Source: Oikopleura dioica
Lineage: Eukaryota; Animalia; Chordata
NCBI GenBank assembly: GCA_907165135.1
Contig: OU015567.1
Span: 11,160,001-11,224,000 of the forward strand
Reading direction: 5' to 3'
DNA: 64,000 bases
The notes below the pieces were generated by a model. The model was not told the origin of the DNA, ran no database searches, and worked only from the letters and a program-made list of their open reading frames with translations. The stretch's first letter is position 1. Each line of letters starts with the position of its first letter. Both the position numbers and the translations under genes were made by a program. This document shows, piece by piece, positions 27,951 through 39,600 of the stretch.

Positions 27951-29804
27951 ATGATTTTCTTAAATTTCATTTTGCCAATTTTACATGCACATGTCCTAGA
28001 GACGCCTGAAATAACAGCGGCTTTTTCGAAAAGCATCGATGGAATCTTAGTCGAAACAAACGAGGCCTCACTTTGGAGAATCGAAACTGGAGAGACAAAT
28101 TTTTTGCTTTTTGATATCTTCCCTCCATGCGAATCACCCGTCATTATCTACAAAATTGGAACCTTGCCGTTAGAAAGAATCTGCAACGATGGAACCGATC
28201 AGCTGCCAATTCATCTTCCTACAGAACAAGAAGATCTCTTCGTCAAATACACCGGCTCTGAAGATATCGCGTTCAGAATCTGCCACTCACAAAATTGCGG
28301 CTCCGACGAGCAGGACAACCAAATCGATGATGTCCAATCTGTGTCGCTTTGCTCCTCTCCTACTTGCACCACCCAATACTTTCAGTACTTCAGTTACTGC
28401 TCGAGATATTGCGCTGCTCCTAAAAGGATTTGGTGCAATAATGCCTGGAGATATAGCTACGCTTGCAAAAGATGGCTTTTCTGCGCTGGAAGGTGGATTC
28501 ATGACACTTCCTGTCCGCAAATCACTCCAACGACTACAAAAGCTACAACAACCACTACAACTGTTAAACCCACTGCACCGAACGTATCCAGATGGCATCT
28601 TTGTAGCACAGGATATTACTATGGCCCCAGCTGCCCAGAGGACGCAGCAGAAACAGCAACTCCAACGACTGTAACGAAAACAACTAAACGAACAACAACC
28701 ACAAGAAGACCAACAACAACAACGACAACTTTAAAACCAACAACCAGGCCTTCGATCATATATTGCAATGGTATCCCGTTCCGAGGAACTCAGTGTCCAG
28801 GAGCTCGACCAACGATGTCCATCCCAACAACTACCGAGAGTCAGGAAAAAGTCAAAAATCTTTGACCCACTAAATTTTCATTTATTCGATCTTTATGACA
28901 TTTTTTTGATTTAAAAAAGGCTGACTCGCAAACACTTGAATGTGGCTTCTCCGCTTTTTCCACCCGGCTGATCACTGACCGAGAACATTCGAGCGACACA
29001 AATGAAGACGTCGAAATTGTCGTTACCGGTCAAACATTCGCCAACGACACTCGAGAATTGACCGGTTCACTCGTCGACCTGTCAACTCCGTCGGCCAATG
29101 TCAGTGCCACAAACGTCATTAACGGCGGCTTTACTGTCACGCAAGAGGGCAAATATCCTTGGCTGGTTTCCATTCGAACTAAACGCGGATTTCATTTTTG
29201 CGGAGGAGCGATTCTCAACAAGCACTGGATTCTAACTGCTGCTCACTGCAAAATCAAGAAATCTGATAAACTGGTATTCGCAACATTGAAACGGAAAGGA
29301 ACGTCAGGAGCAACAATTCGAGGCGTTGGACAGGTAAAAACTCATCCAAAAGCTAAGCAAACGAGATACAACACTTGGAAATACGACTTCGAACTTGTTC
29401 GACTTGATCAAGCCATTGAATTCACCGACTACATCCGTCCAATTTGCCTGCCAACGCAATATACTCCTGGCCAAAACTGCGTCGTCTCCGGATGGGGCAG
29501 AATAAGTTCTACTCCAGTCAAATATCACGATTACCTCCAAGAAGCAGAAATTTCGACGAACAGAAAAAGAGAATGCGGAGCTTACTCCCCACTTATCGAC
29601 GAATCGAGTTTTTGCGCAGAAGGTCGCGCTTCTGCATGCAACGGTGATTCAGGCGGCCCTTTGGTCTGCGAGGACAGTTCTGGACGTGCATTTGTCACTG
29701 GTGTGGCTTCCTGGGCAAGTACCTCTTGTGATGTTGCAAAGCCAAGCGGTTTTGGAGACGTGGCTGCAGTGCGAAGCTGGATCGATGGAATCATATCTAT
29801 GTAA
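27951..29804 (+). CDS. Secreted multidomain S1 serine protease: degenerate CUB-like region, Cys-rich and Thr-rich mucin linkers, chymotrypsin-like domain
   Basis: Signal peptide. Catalytic triad motifs LTAAHC, YDFEL and GDSGGP, plus GVASW. Phase-0 intron at 28851-28919. Confidence 0.93.
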
Positions 29805-30086
29805 TTTATTTATCTGTCAAAGAAACATTGAAAAAAATATAAAATCAATTAAAATAAAATTTTGAATCACAAGACGGAGTATGATATTTAATATCACGTT
29901 GATGATGTCGAAATATAAAAAACATGCATCCCTGGTCATCAAAGTGAATTTAGAAGCAACTCGTTTAGATTAAATTCGTTTACAAATTTGGCGCCACCGT
30001 GTAAAAATTACTTGCGGTAAGCGTGGCGCTCATAAATTTAAACGCTGTGCTGGTAGAATATTTCTAGAGGGGATTTCCAATAAAAA

Positions 30087-32336
30087 ATGCGAATTTTTAT
30101 AACCGCTCTGTGTTTCTATAGCAATGTCTGGGGAGAGATTTTAGAGTTGGAAGAAGGCAGAAGAACAGGAATTGTAGATGGGCGCTATAATGGGACTGGT
30201 TTCTCACAAGCAGACGCTGGTCTTGGTCATTTCCTTTCCTCAAAAGCAGCTACTCTCAGTATCGAATCGATCAATAATGAACATAGATTCACGCTTGAGG
30301 TACAGTCAATTTAAAGTCAGCCGATTTAGGTTGATCATTTTAGATTGATTTCACCGTCCATAATGCTCCTCCAAATCCGAACTGGCATGAAGGCAAATCA
30401 TATGATCAATTCGAACTGCGCTCTACTGCCGAATACGAAGCAATTCTGCAATTCATTCTTTTGGAGCTCTCTTCATATCTTGGTGTCACTAGCTCAGAGC
30501 TTAACTCAGCTGTAATTAAAACCGAGCTCGACATTAATTTGCCAGGAACGATGTACAAAGCCGTTGATGAGTTGCGTCTAAACTTGGAGAACTTGAATCT
30601 CCCGCTTTCAGGAAATGATTTTCAACTCAAATTTGTCTCAATCTCAAGTCTATAATGACCAACGTCAAAATCAAATATAAGATCCTTACTCTTCGTACCA
30701 ACCCTTCGATATTTCCTTTCACGAAAATGCAGTTTCTTTAACAATCGAAACGAACGTCCAAATGACCCTAGATCAATATGCTCTGACTGGATCAACCACA
30801 GAGGACGAAATATTATTACGACACGTCGCATTAGAGAAGCTTTACCAAATATTCTCAGGCATGTTATGCTGTTTTTATCCAAGTTGCCGGCTCGCTAATA
30901 CCAAAATATTTACCTGCTCATTTTATCCTTGTTAGTTACTTCTTTTTAGAATCCCCAATTCGTGCGCTTGGAAATATTATTTTACATATAATTACAATCC
31001 GACCACTACAACGACGCAAGAGGGAGACAAGTACCATACCTGGTATATATGAAGTGGAACTTACGGTGGTATACGAGTCAATCCAGTACGCCGAGGATAA
31101 TATCACAGATATTGTGCTAGAGGTCTTAGAGAATTCCGGCTACACATTTGATATCCAGGAACTGTTCGAAATTATCGGGTTTTCTTTTTTAGAAAGTATT
31201 CTTTTTAACAATGCGAAAGACCACCGAAACCGCAAAAATGGACCCTTGCCTTCTCGTCACTTGCCCCAACGCAGACTGGACCTGCTCTGAAGGAGCATGC
31301 ATTCGCCAAAATTTCACCGTCGAATGCTCTGGGCAGGGCGCAAAGCTTCAAATGCGCTACGGCCATATGTTCGATCGAACTGATTATTTGCCAACGCCTT
31401 TTGATTTTTCAAATTCAATTCTTTTCAATGATCAAGTGATTGAAGCTCAGGCTTCTGAGTCTGAAGATTTTGATATCGAGCTAAATATTCCAATGACGGC
31501 TTTTGACATCCATCAGTCAAACGGTACCATTACTTACGGAGGCAAAGTTGAGGGTGCTCCAGGGTTAGTAAGAGACCCGACTGGAATTTTGAACTTGGGA
31601 ACGGCTCTTTCGTCGCGATTCAGATGTGAGTTCCCTGACCATCTCGCCTTGTCCACATCAGGAATGGGTTGCTATTAAAGACTTAGAATGACAAAAACAG
31701 AAAAACGACCAATTCCAAAGCATCAATGATTTCGCTCGCCGACGCGGAGACGGAATGGGTACTCGCGCCGGTTTCTAATTTAGACGGCGACGACGAAGAA
31801 GATGAAATTGTTTCCGCGCCAGCCGCTGCTGACTTTGTTCTCGAGTCCTCTGTGGATCCAGACAATCCACCGAAGATCGGCGAACGGATCACCCTCTTTG
31901 TGATGCCGGAAACTGGCTTTAGCGAGCACGATCCCATTGTTTATTACATTGATCAGATCACAGCATCAGGAAAGTCTTTTCTTTTCAAAAAAATGCCAAG
32001 AAATCGATAAAATGAAAAAACTAAAAAAGATCCTAATAACAAGTCGACCTCAACCGTCATCTATAAAAACCCTTGTGCCTTCAAATTCCTCTTCATGGAC
32101 TTCTCGAATGCAGCTGAAGCAACCAGTTTGGGAGCATCACAATCTTTTTCGCTAAATACCTTCGTTTTTCCTGGATCAAGTTCGCTCGAATTTGAAATTG
32201 AGATGAAATGTAAAACCTTTTCTTTGAAAAGATTTCTTGACTATTTTCAGTATGTGTGATTGATGAAAATGGAGATCCTGTGGCCGAAGGGTGCTTATTT
32301 GATGATGAATGCTCTGATCCGTATACGAGACTATGA
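30087..32336 (+). CDS. Secreted SEA-like/EGF/ZP-like domain protein; some junctions unresolved
   Basis: Signal peptide MRIFITALCFYSNVWG, a furin-like RRKRET site, an EGF-like DPCLLVTCPNADWTCSEGAC, FTVECSGQG..FRCEF (ZP-N-like) and NTFVFPGSSSLEFEIEM..VCVID (ZP-C-like). The junctions around 30620-30950 could not be resolved. Confidence 0.6.
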
Positions 32337-32462
32337 AAATCCTGAAAATGGTTCAAAATTCATCCCTGACTGAATATTCTGTCTTTTGTTTATAATAAAA
32401 TTTAAATAAACTCAATAAAAATATTAATAAAGATCTCGAACTCCACTCTTAGTGAGTAAATC

Positions 32463-32494
32463 GTCCCCGTGACAACGAGCGGCTCGTTGCTAAG
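32463..32494. promoter_or_regulatory. RFX X-box-like element upstream of the radial spoke gene
   Basis: GTCCCCGTGACAAC (32463-32476), followed by the half-site GTTGCTAAG (32486-32494), about 190 bp upstream of the RSPH ATG. RFX control of ciliary genes is established. Confidence 0.5.
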
Positions 32495-32661
32495 GGCCCC
32501 TTCGAAAAAATCCCAAAAAAAAAGAGCAAAAATTATCAACAATAAAGACGCCGAAAGAGATTCTGGTGAAAGAATCGGTATTTTCATTTTTGGTGGAGTG
32601 TTTCTAGAACACGAAAGATAAGGTGGTGTTTTTTCAAAAGTGATCAGTTCTAATTTGCAAA

Positions 32662-34677
32662 ATGACCACCGAAGAGGCTGTCCAGGTTTGTAAAATATAG
32701 CGATATTTTGATTTAGATTAAATAGATTAATATAATTAACATTGACTTATTTAACTTAATATTTTTACAGGCGGCGAAGGCCTACCTTTCAAAGTCTGAA
32801 AATGGCGAGCCCTCAGCGTACGACCACATGGTCTCGCTCATCAGAAACCTCATCACCGAGCGACCTCCCAATCCTTACCAGGATATGGAGTCAATCTCTC
32901 GGGACCTCAAGAAGAACTCCTCCAAGGTAAATCGTTTTGTTCGTTCAATAATTGAATTTATAATTTCCAGCCTGATGGAGATATTCTTCGGGACGTTTCT
33001 GATGCTTCGGTGGCACTGAAAAACGCGGAGTTGCAGAAGACGCTCTTCTCGCGGCCCGACGAAGATGGCGAAGAAGCCGAGGCGGATGACGGCGAATGCA
33101 TTATTCCAGATATTCGTCAGCTCGCCAATGACTTTGAAGAGACTGGCATCTGTCTTGGACGCGATGAGCTCTTCCGAATCTACCTCGCATTAAAGGTTTG
33201 TCTTTCCAAATGATCTAATAGTCAAATTTCCTTTAGAAATTGACAGAGACCCTTCCTCTCGCCAAGTGCCGCTTCTGGGGTAAAATCCATGGACGAAACC
33301 AGAATTACATTGTTGCCGAAACTCAGGTACCTCCAAATATTGAAATAAATATATCATCAATGTCTTTAGTTCCGAGAAGGCGAAGATGAAGAAGAAAAGG
33401 AAGAGGAAGAGGAGGAAGAAAATGAAGACGAAAACGAAGAAGATAATGATGAAGGTAAAGAGTTCCTTGATTGAGGGAAAACAAATTTTGTTCTAGAAAA
33501 TAACGAGGATGCTCTACCCAAGTCCGCATGGAAACCACCTCCACCAATCCCATCTGAAGATCGATCTACTGGTGCTAACAAGTTTGTCTACTTCGTTTGC
33601 AATAACGTAAGTGATCAATGTCATTGATGATCACTGATCATCATTTCGATTTTCGCTTATCGACTATTTTAGCCTGGTGCTGAATGGACCCGACTTCCAG
33701 ATGTGACACCAGCTCAGATCGCTGGTGCTCGACAAATCAAGAAATTCTTCACTGGTGACTTGAAGACTGAAATCTGCGCCTATCCCCCATTCCCAGGAAA
33801 CGAAGAGAACTATCTTCGGTAAGATTTTTTTTTCTGAAATATTTTTTAGCATAATTTTAGAGCGCAGATTGCTCGAATTTCCGCTGGTACTCAAGTTTCC
33901 CCACTTGGATTCTACCAATTTGATGAAGATGATGAAGGAGGTGAGCTTTAATAGTCTTTTCTGTTTTCATTCAAATTTTGAAGGAGAGGACGAAGAGGAG
34001 TTCAAATCAAATTACATCGAGAACCCTGAATTCGACGGCATCCCAGTCCGCGACTTGGCCGATCCTTCCCTCGCCAATTGGGTGCATCACACATCTCACA
34101 TTCTCCCACAGGGTAGAACTGTTTGGCACAACACCAACCAGAAACCCGAGGAGGGCGATGACGAAGAGGAGGACCAGGAAGACCTCATGGACGAGATCGA
34201 GCCTGAACAGGGTAAGCAAACCTTTCTGAAAACAAGAAATTTAAATAATTCAGGTCCCTCTCTTTTGACTTCCATCTCTGAGGATGCCGAGGTCGACAAC
34301 ATGCCCGCCTGGACTGCTCGATTGTCTTCGAATCTTGTCCACGCTGATCACGCTCTTGCCGTGCTCAAGTCCAACCTCTGGCTCGGCGCCACCGCCTTCT
34401 CCAATGGAAAGCGATTCGAAAACGTTTACATCGGATTTGGTCTGAAGGTAAATAATCATCTGCTGAGTATGATTTTTTAACTGCATAAATTTAGTACAAC
34501 GCTGATAACTACTCGCCACCAATCCCACCACCCTTCCAGACAGAATACCAGGTCGGCCCCGAAATCACCGAGGTAGAGGACCCCACCGTCGAGGAAGAGC
34601 AAGCCTTCAAGAAAGCACAAGAAGAAGAGCTCATGAACGCCGAAGACATGGATGAGGAAGAGTTCGAAGACGATTAA
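32662..34677 (+). CDS. RSPH4A: Radial spoke head protein RSPH4A/RSPH6A family
   Basis: [132 protein letters not shown], acidic tail. About 10 short GT-AG introns. Confidence 0.95.
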
Positions 34678-34854
34678 ATGCTGCGTCACTAATTTACTAA
34701 TTATATATTTTTATAACCGTTCGCCACAACTGTAAATAAAATGTTACAAAATCTCTGACAACGAAACGCACGTTTAATAATTTTTATTTATTTGGATGGC
34801 ATTATTTCTAATCAGATTAATGCATAAAGCGAGGGGTTGACGAATAATTGTTAC

Positions 34855-35337
34855 TTATTTTCGGCGAGGAGATCCGAGATGATCAGCCTTCCACTGAGCA
34901 ACGGTTGTGTATCTAGCAGTCAACAGTTGATCAGTATCGATGTGGGTGCATGATCGGCAGACGGAGGTGATATCAACACCGTTCGCATCTTTCGTCTCTT
35001 CAGGTCTGCACTGGGTAGCCATTTCGAAGTTGTAGCTGCGGTTAACGACTCGTTAATAACGAGACAGGCATCCTGAGCTTTGCAGGAACCGATGACTGAC
35101 TCGATCACTCCTCCTCGTTGTCTAGTATTGAGAATTGTTTACTATGCAATATTTTTTTCAGTACGACGGTCAGCTGACAAGTCTCCTCGTTGGCGTAACA
35201 GGTAGTGACAACGGCGTTGGCTTCGAATTCTGCGATGCTTGTTCCATATCCAGAGAAATGGAAACGTAATTACAAAATGTTTTCAATCACAATTCGATTA
35301 CACTGCTGCCGATTAGTTTTCCCTTGATTTAAGACCT
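34855..35337 (-). pseudogene. Frameshifted small Cys-rich (three-finger/Ly6-like, larvacean-type) gene
   Basis: CYANEETCQLTV..QRGGVIESVIGSCKAQDACLV in one frame, and NRSYNFEMATQCRPEE..SVCRSC in another. A 14 nt insertion at 35047-35060 accounts for the shift. Two flanking junctions also lack clean phase-compatible GT-AG sites. Confidence 0.5.
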
Positions 35338-36622
35338 TAACACGCCACATCATAAACGGAAATCCGGGCTGATTTTATGGTAGTACGATTCAGCAAGATT
35401 TGAATAAATATGTCACTTCAATTATTGATGTCAACTTTATCCCTCTGACGTTGCGTCTTACGTTTAATAGTGAGATCACAACTACGTCGCCAACAGGTAA
35501 ATACAAGAGGAAGTCCTATCAACTGAAAAAGTCTACGTTTGTTTTCGCACACAATCTCTTTTCCCTTTAATATCCTTTAACCAAACATTTCATGTTTAAG
35601 TTATTAATAAAGCTTCCTCTGATAAGGATTAATGACTGGTTAACTCTTCTGGAATTTCTCAACGGAAGTCTGCAAAACTTTGCAAGAAGACAAACACAAC
35701 CAGAAATTTTTCATAATTTCAAGGCCAAGTTATGATAACAAAAGTGTAATTTATTGAACAGAATTAGAGGTTAAAAGAGCATTTTAAAAAAACTAAATAG
35801 AATAAAGCTTTGATGAAACATAAAAATAGGTAAAGGCAAGATCGGTTCGGCTCACAATCGGTAGTTTTTGAGATTCGGTCAGTTTTTTCGTTAAAGTTTA
35901 CAAAATTGAACGGTTTTTGGAAAAAAAATTTAATGATTTTATTTATAAATGAGTTTTAAATATATGTGACCAATAAATACAAATGATATTAAGCATGAAT
36001 ATGCGAATTAAATACAGTGGATTGAAAAAGAAGTACGTAAACCTTGTGAAACTTAAATAGAATATACAGTGCATCAGATAGGAAAACTAAAAAATGGCTA
36101 TTCATAAGAACAAACGTTATTTAATAACTGAAATTTAAATTTTAAGACCTCAAAAGATTATGAACGTCAAAATTCTCATCGTAATCATCGGTTCTCTTCG
36201 ACCTTTTTTATGTAGGAGGGAATTTCCTAAGTCGCAAATTATTGTTGCTATGGAACTATCAAAATATGACTGAGGTTACATATAAACTTAGATGAATTGT
36301 GTTTACTAGTAAAAATAAATATTGCGAACGCTATAAAACAGTTGTAAATAAAGCTTATTTGGCATCAGATAGAACTAAGAAAAAGTAAAGCCCACAATGT
36401 ATAAGAAATCAATGCGTAATAAAGACAACTTGTTTGATATTTTTTATCTCGGAAGTAAGCAGTTTGGTAAAAAAGGGTTGAAATGTACAGTAGTTGAAAC
36501 AATAATTCAGAATCCATTCTAGTGTAGGCACGACTAGGCAATGAAGAAACGAATGGAAAGAACTGGAACTTTGGATCAGTAGATTTTTTGTAATAAATAA
36601 GATTGTCTGGAAGCTCAAGAAA

Positions 36623-39600
36623 TCAGGCTTGATTCATGAGAATGGCCATTTCCTCGGGCGAGAGGCCTTTGTTGAGCGTGCGGTTGCGCTCGCGCTGGCT
36701 CTTGCGGCCGCCGGGACCCGCTCGCGATCGACGACTTCGTCTCCTAAAAATTCATTGAACAAAAAGTCCAGATAATAACATCAATGAACATGCGAATGGA
36801 CCGGAAAGTTTTCTATAAACTTCCGCTAGAAAAGGAAAAACACTCTTTTCTATGCTAAGAAAAAGAAACATGCATTAGAAGAAGAAAAAAGGTTATTTTC
36901 GAAATTTCGACTTCGAAACTTTCGAAAAAGCTATTCCTAGAATAAAATTTCTATCGCTAGGTTTTTAAACAATGTTTTTTTGGTTCGGTATTAACTTGAC
37001 TTTGGACGTTTACGCCTAAATGAATTTTTGCGCACTTTGGAGATGGTCTTTGGCTTTCTAAACGGCGGGTTACAGTCGAGGGTTACAGATAGAAAGAGAC
37101 AACCATGCGGTTAAAAAGAAGCTCGTTAGACTGCAGATTTACAGTAGGGATACTTACTGGGCACTATTTGATACGCTTGCTTGTGCAAGAGATTCGATCA
37201 TTTCCTCGTTGCTTCCTGCAGCAGACAGACTCGCCTGGCGAGCCATTGGCTCCCGACTTGAGCTTCCGCGGCTTGTGATGCTCCCCGCTAGAATTTCAAA
37301 ATAAAAAACTCTAACTTCCACGGTTCTTACTTTGTCTCCGAGTCCGTCTTTCTCCATCCTCCAACAAGTTAGAAGCCATCTTCTCATGTTCGCTTTGATC
37401 AATGTATTTCCCGTTGCCCTAAGTAATAAGTAAGTATGAGTTCGTTATAAAAATTGACGAAGATTCACTTTGGAAAAATGAATCTTATATATTTGCGTAA
37501 AGAGAGGGTTAGTAATGGAAAAACGGTAATGGAATGAGTTAGCGCACTGGAATGGGACTGCAAATATGCATTTTTGTTTGCATAAATGATACACAGCAAA
37601 TTTATGTTCTTTTATTCATATCACGCAAATTCAATCATCAACCCTCGAACCTCTGCAAACACTTCTTTGAAGCGTCTGATGTATTTTTCCTTAGTCATGG
37701 CGTCCGAGTAGAGATCTACCTCGCCATCCTTATTATCTCCCTCGTCCGAGTTTAGGGATTCTGTCTCTACGTCAAGCTAGAAAAGAAACTGTAACTACAG
37801 TAATTAGCAGGTGCAAATATTGCTGCGAGAAATTCCATCCTTGCAGCATTTGTGATCTCTTAAAATTTATACATCCGATATTTCACCTTCACAATCCGTG
37901 CGAAAACGGCGTGGAAAGGCCCCGGAAAAGTTAATGCAATCATTTGAACATTTGCTTAGATCGATGGGGGACGTAACGAACGTGGCTCGTTAAATCAGTA
38001 GAATCCAAGTCTCAACGTGGCCTAATTTTACGATAACGTTTTCGTTAAAAAAGTCATAGATGTCATTAAGGGTGTCCCCAACGATTTTTTTGAAACAGGA
38101 TCAACTTTGAGTTAATAATTCTACTAATCGGATAGTTTTTACATAAAAAATCAATTTGAATATTATTATTTGGACCCTTCTTTCTGCATTAATCGAGACC
38201 GATTTTGTATATTTTGATCCGTTAATCCCCTACCGCCGCTTTAAAGAAGGTCGACTTCTGTAATCTCGGGTAACTTTGAGATCGTTTTTCTCGAAATCTA
38301 CTCGTTCAAATTTCAAATTTCGAAAAGAATTATGTTGCTTGAACACTTCTCTCTGCATTAATCGAGACAGATTTTTTATAATTATATCAAATGCATATAT
38401 ATATATACAATATATAAAATGATGATTTTAACAAAATTTGAACCAAATTTTAAGGCTCTTCTCGCTTGATTTTTTTTCCAAATTTCAATCTGAACATAGT
38501 TCGATCCTTCAACAACGCTCCCATGAGCTCAGATTGTGCACCGATAAGTAGGTTAATCCCCTTTTCCGGCGCCAAAGAGCAGGTGTTTTCGAGTTTTGAC
38601 GCGCTCTTACAATAAGTAAAATTCATCGGATCTTTTTGAAAATGGTATCAGCAGAAAGGAAATTTTTCAAGCTTTCAGAAGATATATGATTTGCTATACT
38701 TAATTGAGAATTTCAAAATAGCCATTTTCACAGTGCATTTCTATTGAAGGCTAATGCATTAGCGCGCTCATAGAAAAAGCCATATCTCGAGAAGTAGATA
38801 AGATATTGAAGATCTGAAAAAAGGTTCGGAATCAGAATTTCCTAAATAAGAAGAAAAATTTGAGTCACCGAATTAGACAGTCTCGGCCTCGATCGTTGGG
38901 GACACCCTTAAGACCCTGACATGGTTGTGATGTTGACAACCGCGATATCAGTGGGCTACAAATCACTAATTAGTAATGCTAATTTTCTAGTAACTAGGAT
39001 TCTACCTTGATCTTGAACAGATCTGGAAAGGCAAGTACCTGAATTTTGGTGGTGATTTTCTGGCCCTTGTGGGTCTCCGTCTTTTTCTTCTTTTTCTGGG
39101 CAATTTCAATGGCTCGTTGACGGGCAGTCTTGAATTCCAGGGCAAAATCGGATATTGTCGAACAAACAGCTGATAAAAATATTATTGATTGGAATCTGCG
39201 ACAAACTTACATTTGACAGGCCATGCAGAAAAGTCCGAGATTCCGAACCACCTGAGAATCTTCCGATGGCGGACCTGAAGCCTTTTCCATACTGTTTGTA
39301 TAATCATAGTGTGCTGGGCGGCTTCCTGGACAAATGACGTGAGTTTATTTTTCAAATCATCGTGAAAGTTGTCTTGCTGTTTGAGCACTCGGAGATATTC
39401 CCAGCTAACGCGGCATTTGTCCTCCAAATCGGAAATGGTGTTGGCAGAACTCTCCCAATCAACTCGAGCCGAACGGGTGACGGCGCCGAGTTCTCTGAAT
39501 AAAAAGTAAGCTAAAGGAAGTGATACGCTTATAAGTTCAAAAGTGGCGCAAAAAAGATTATCGTACTAATCGAGTAAAACTATGCGACTGAAATCGTAAA

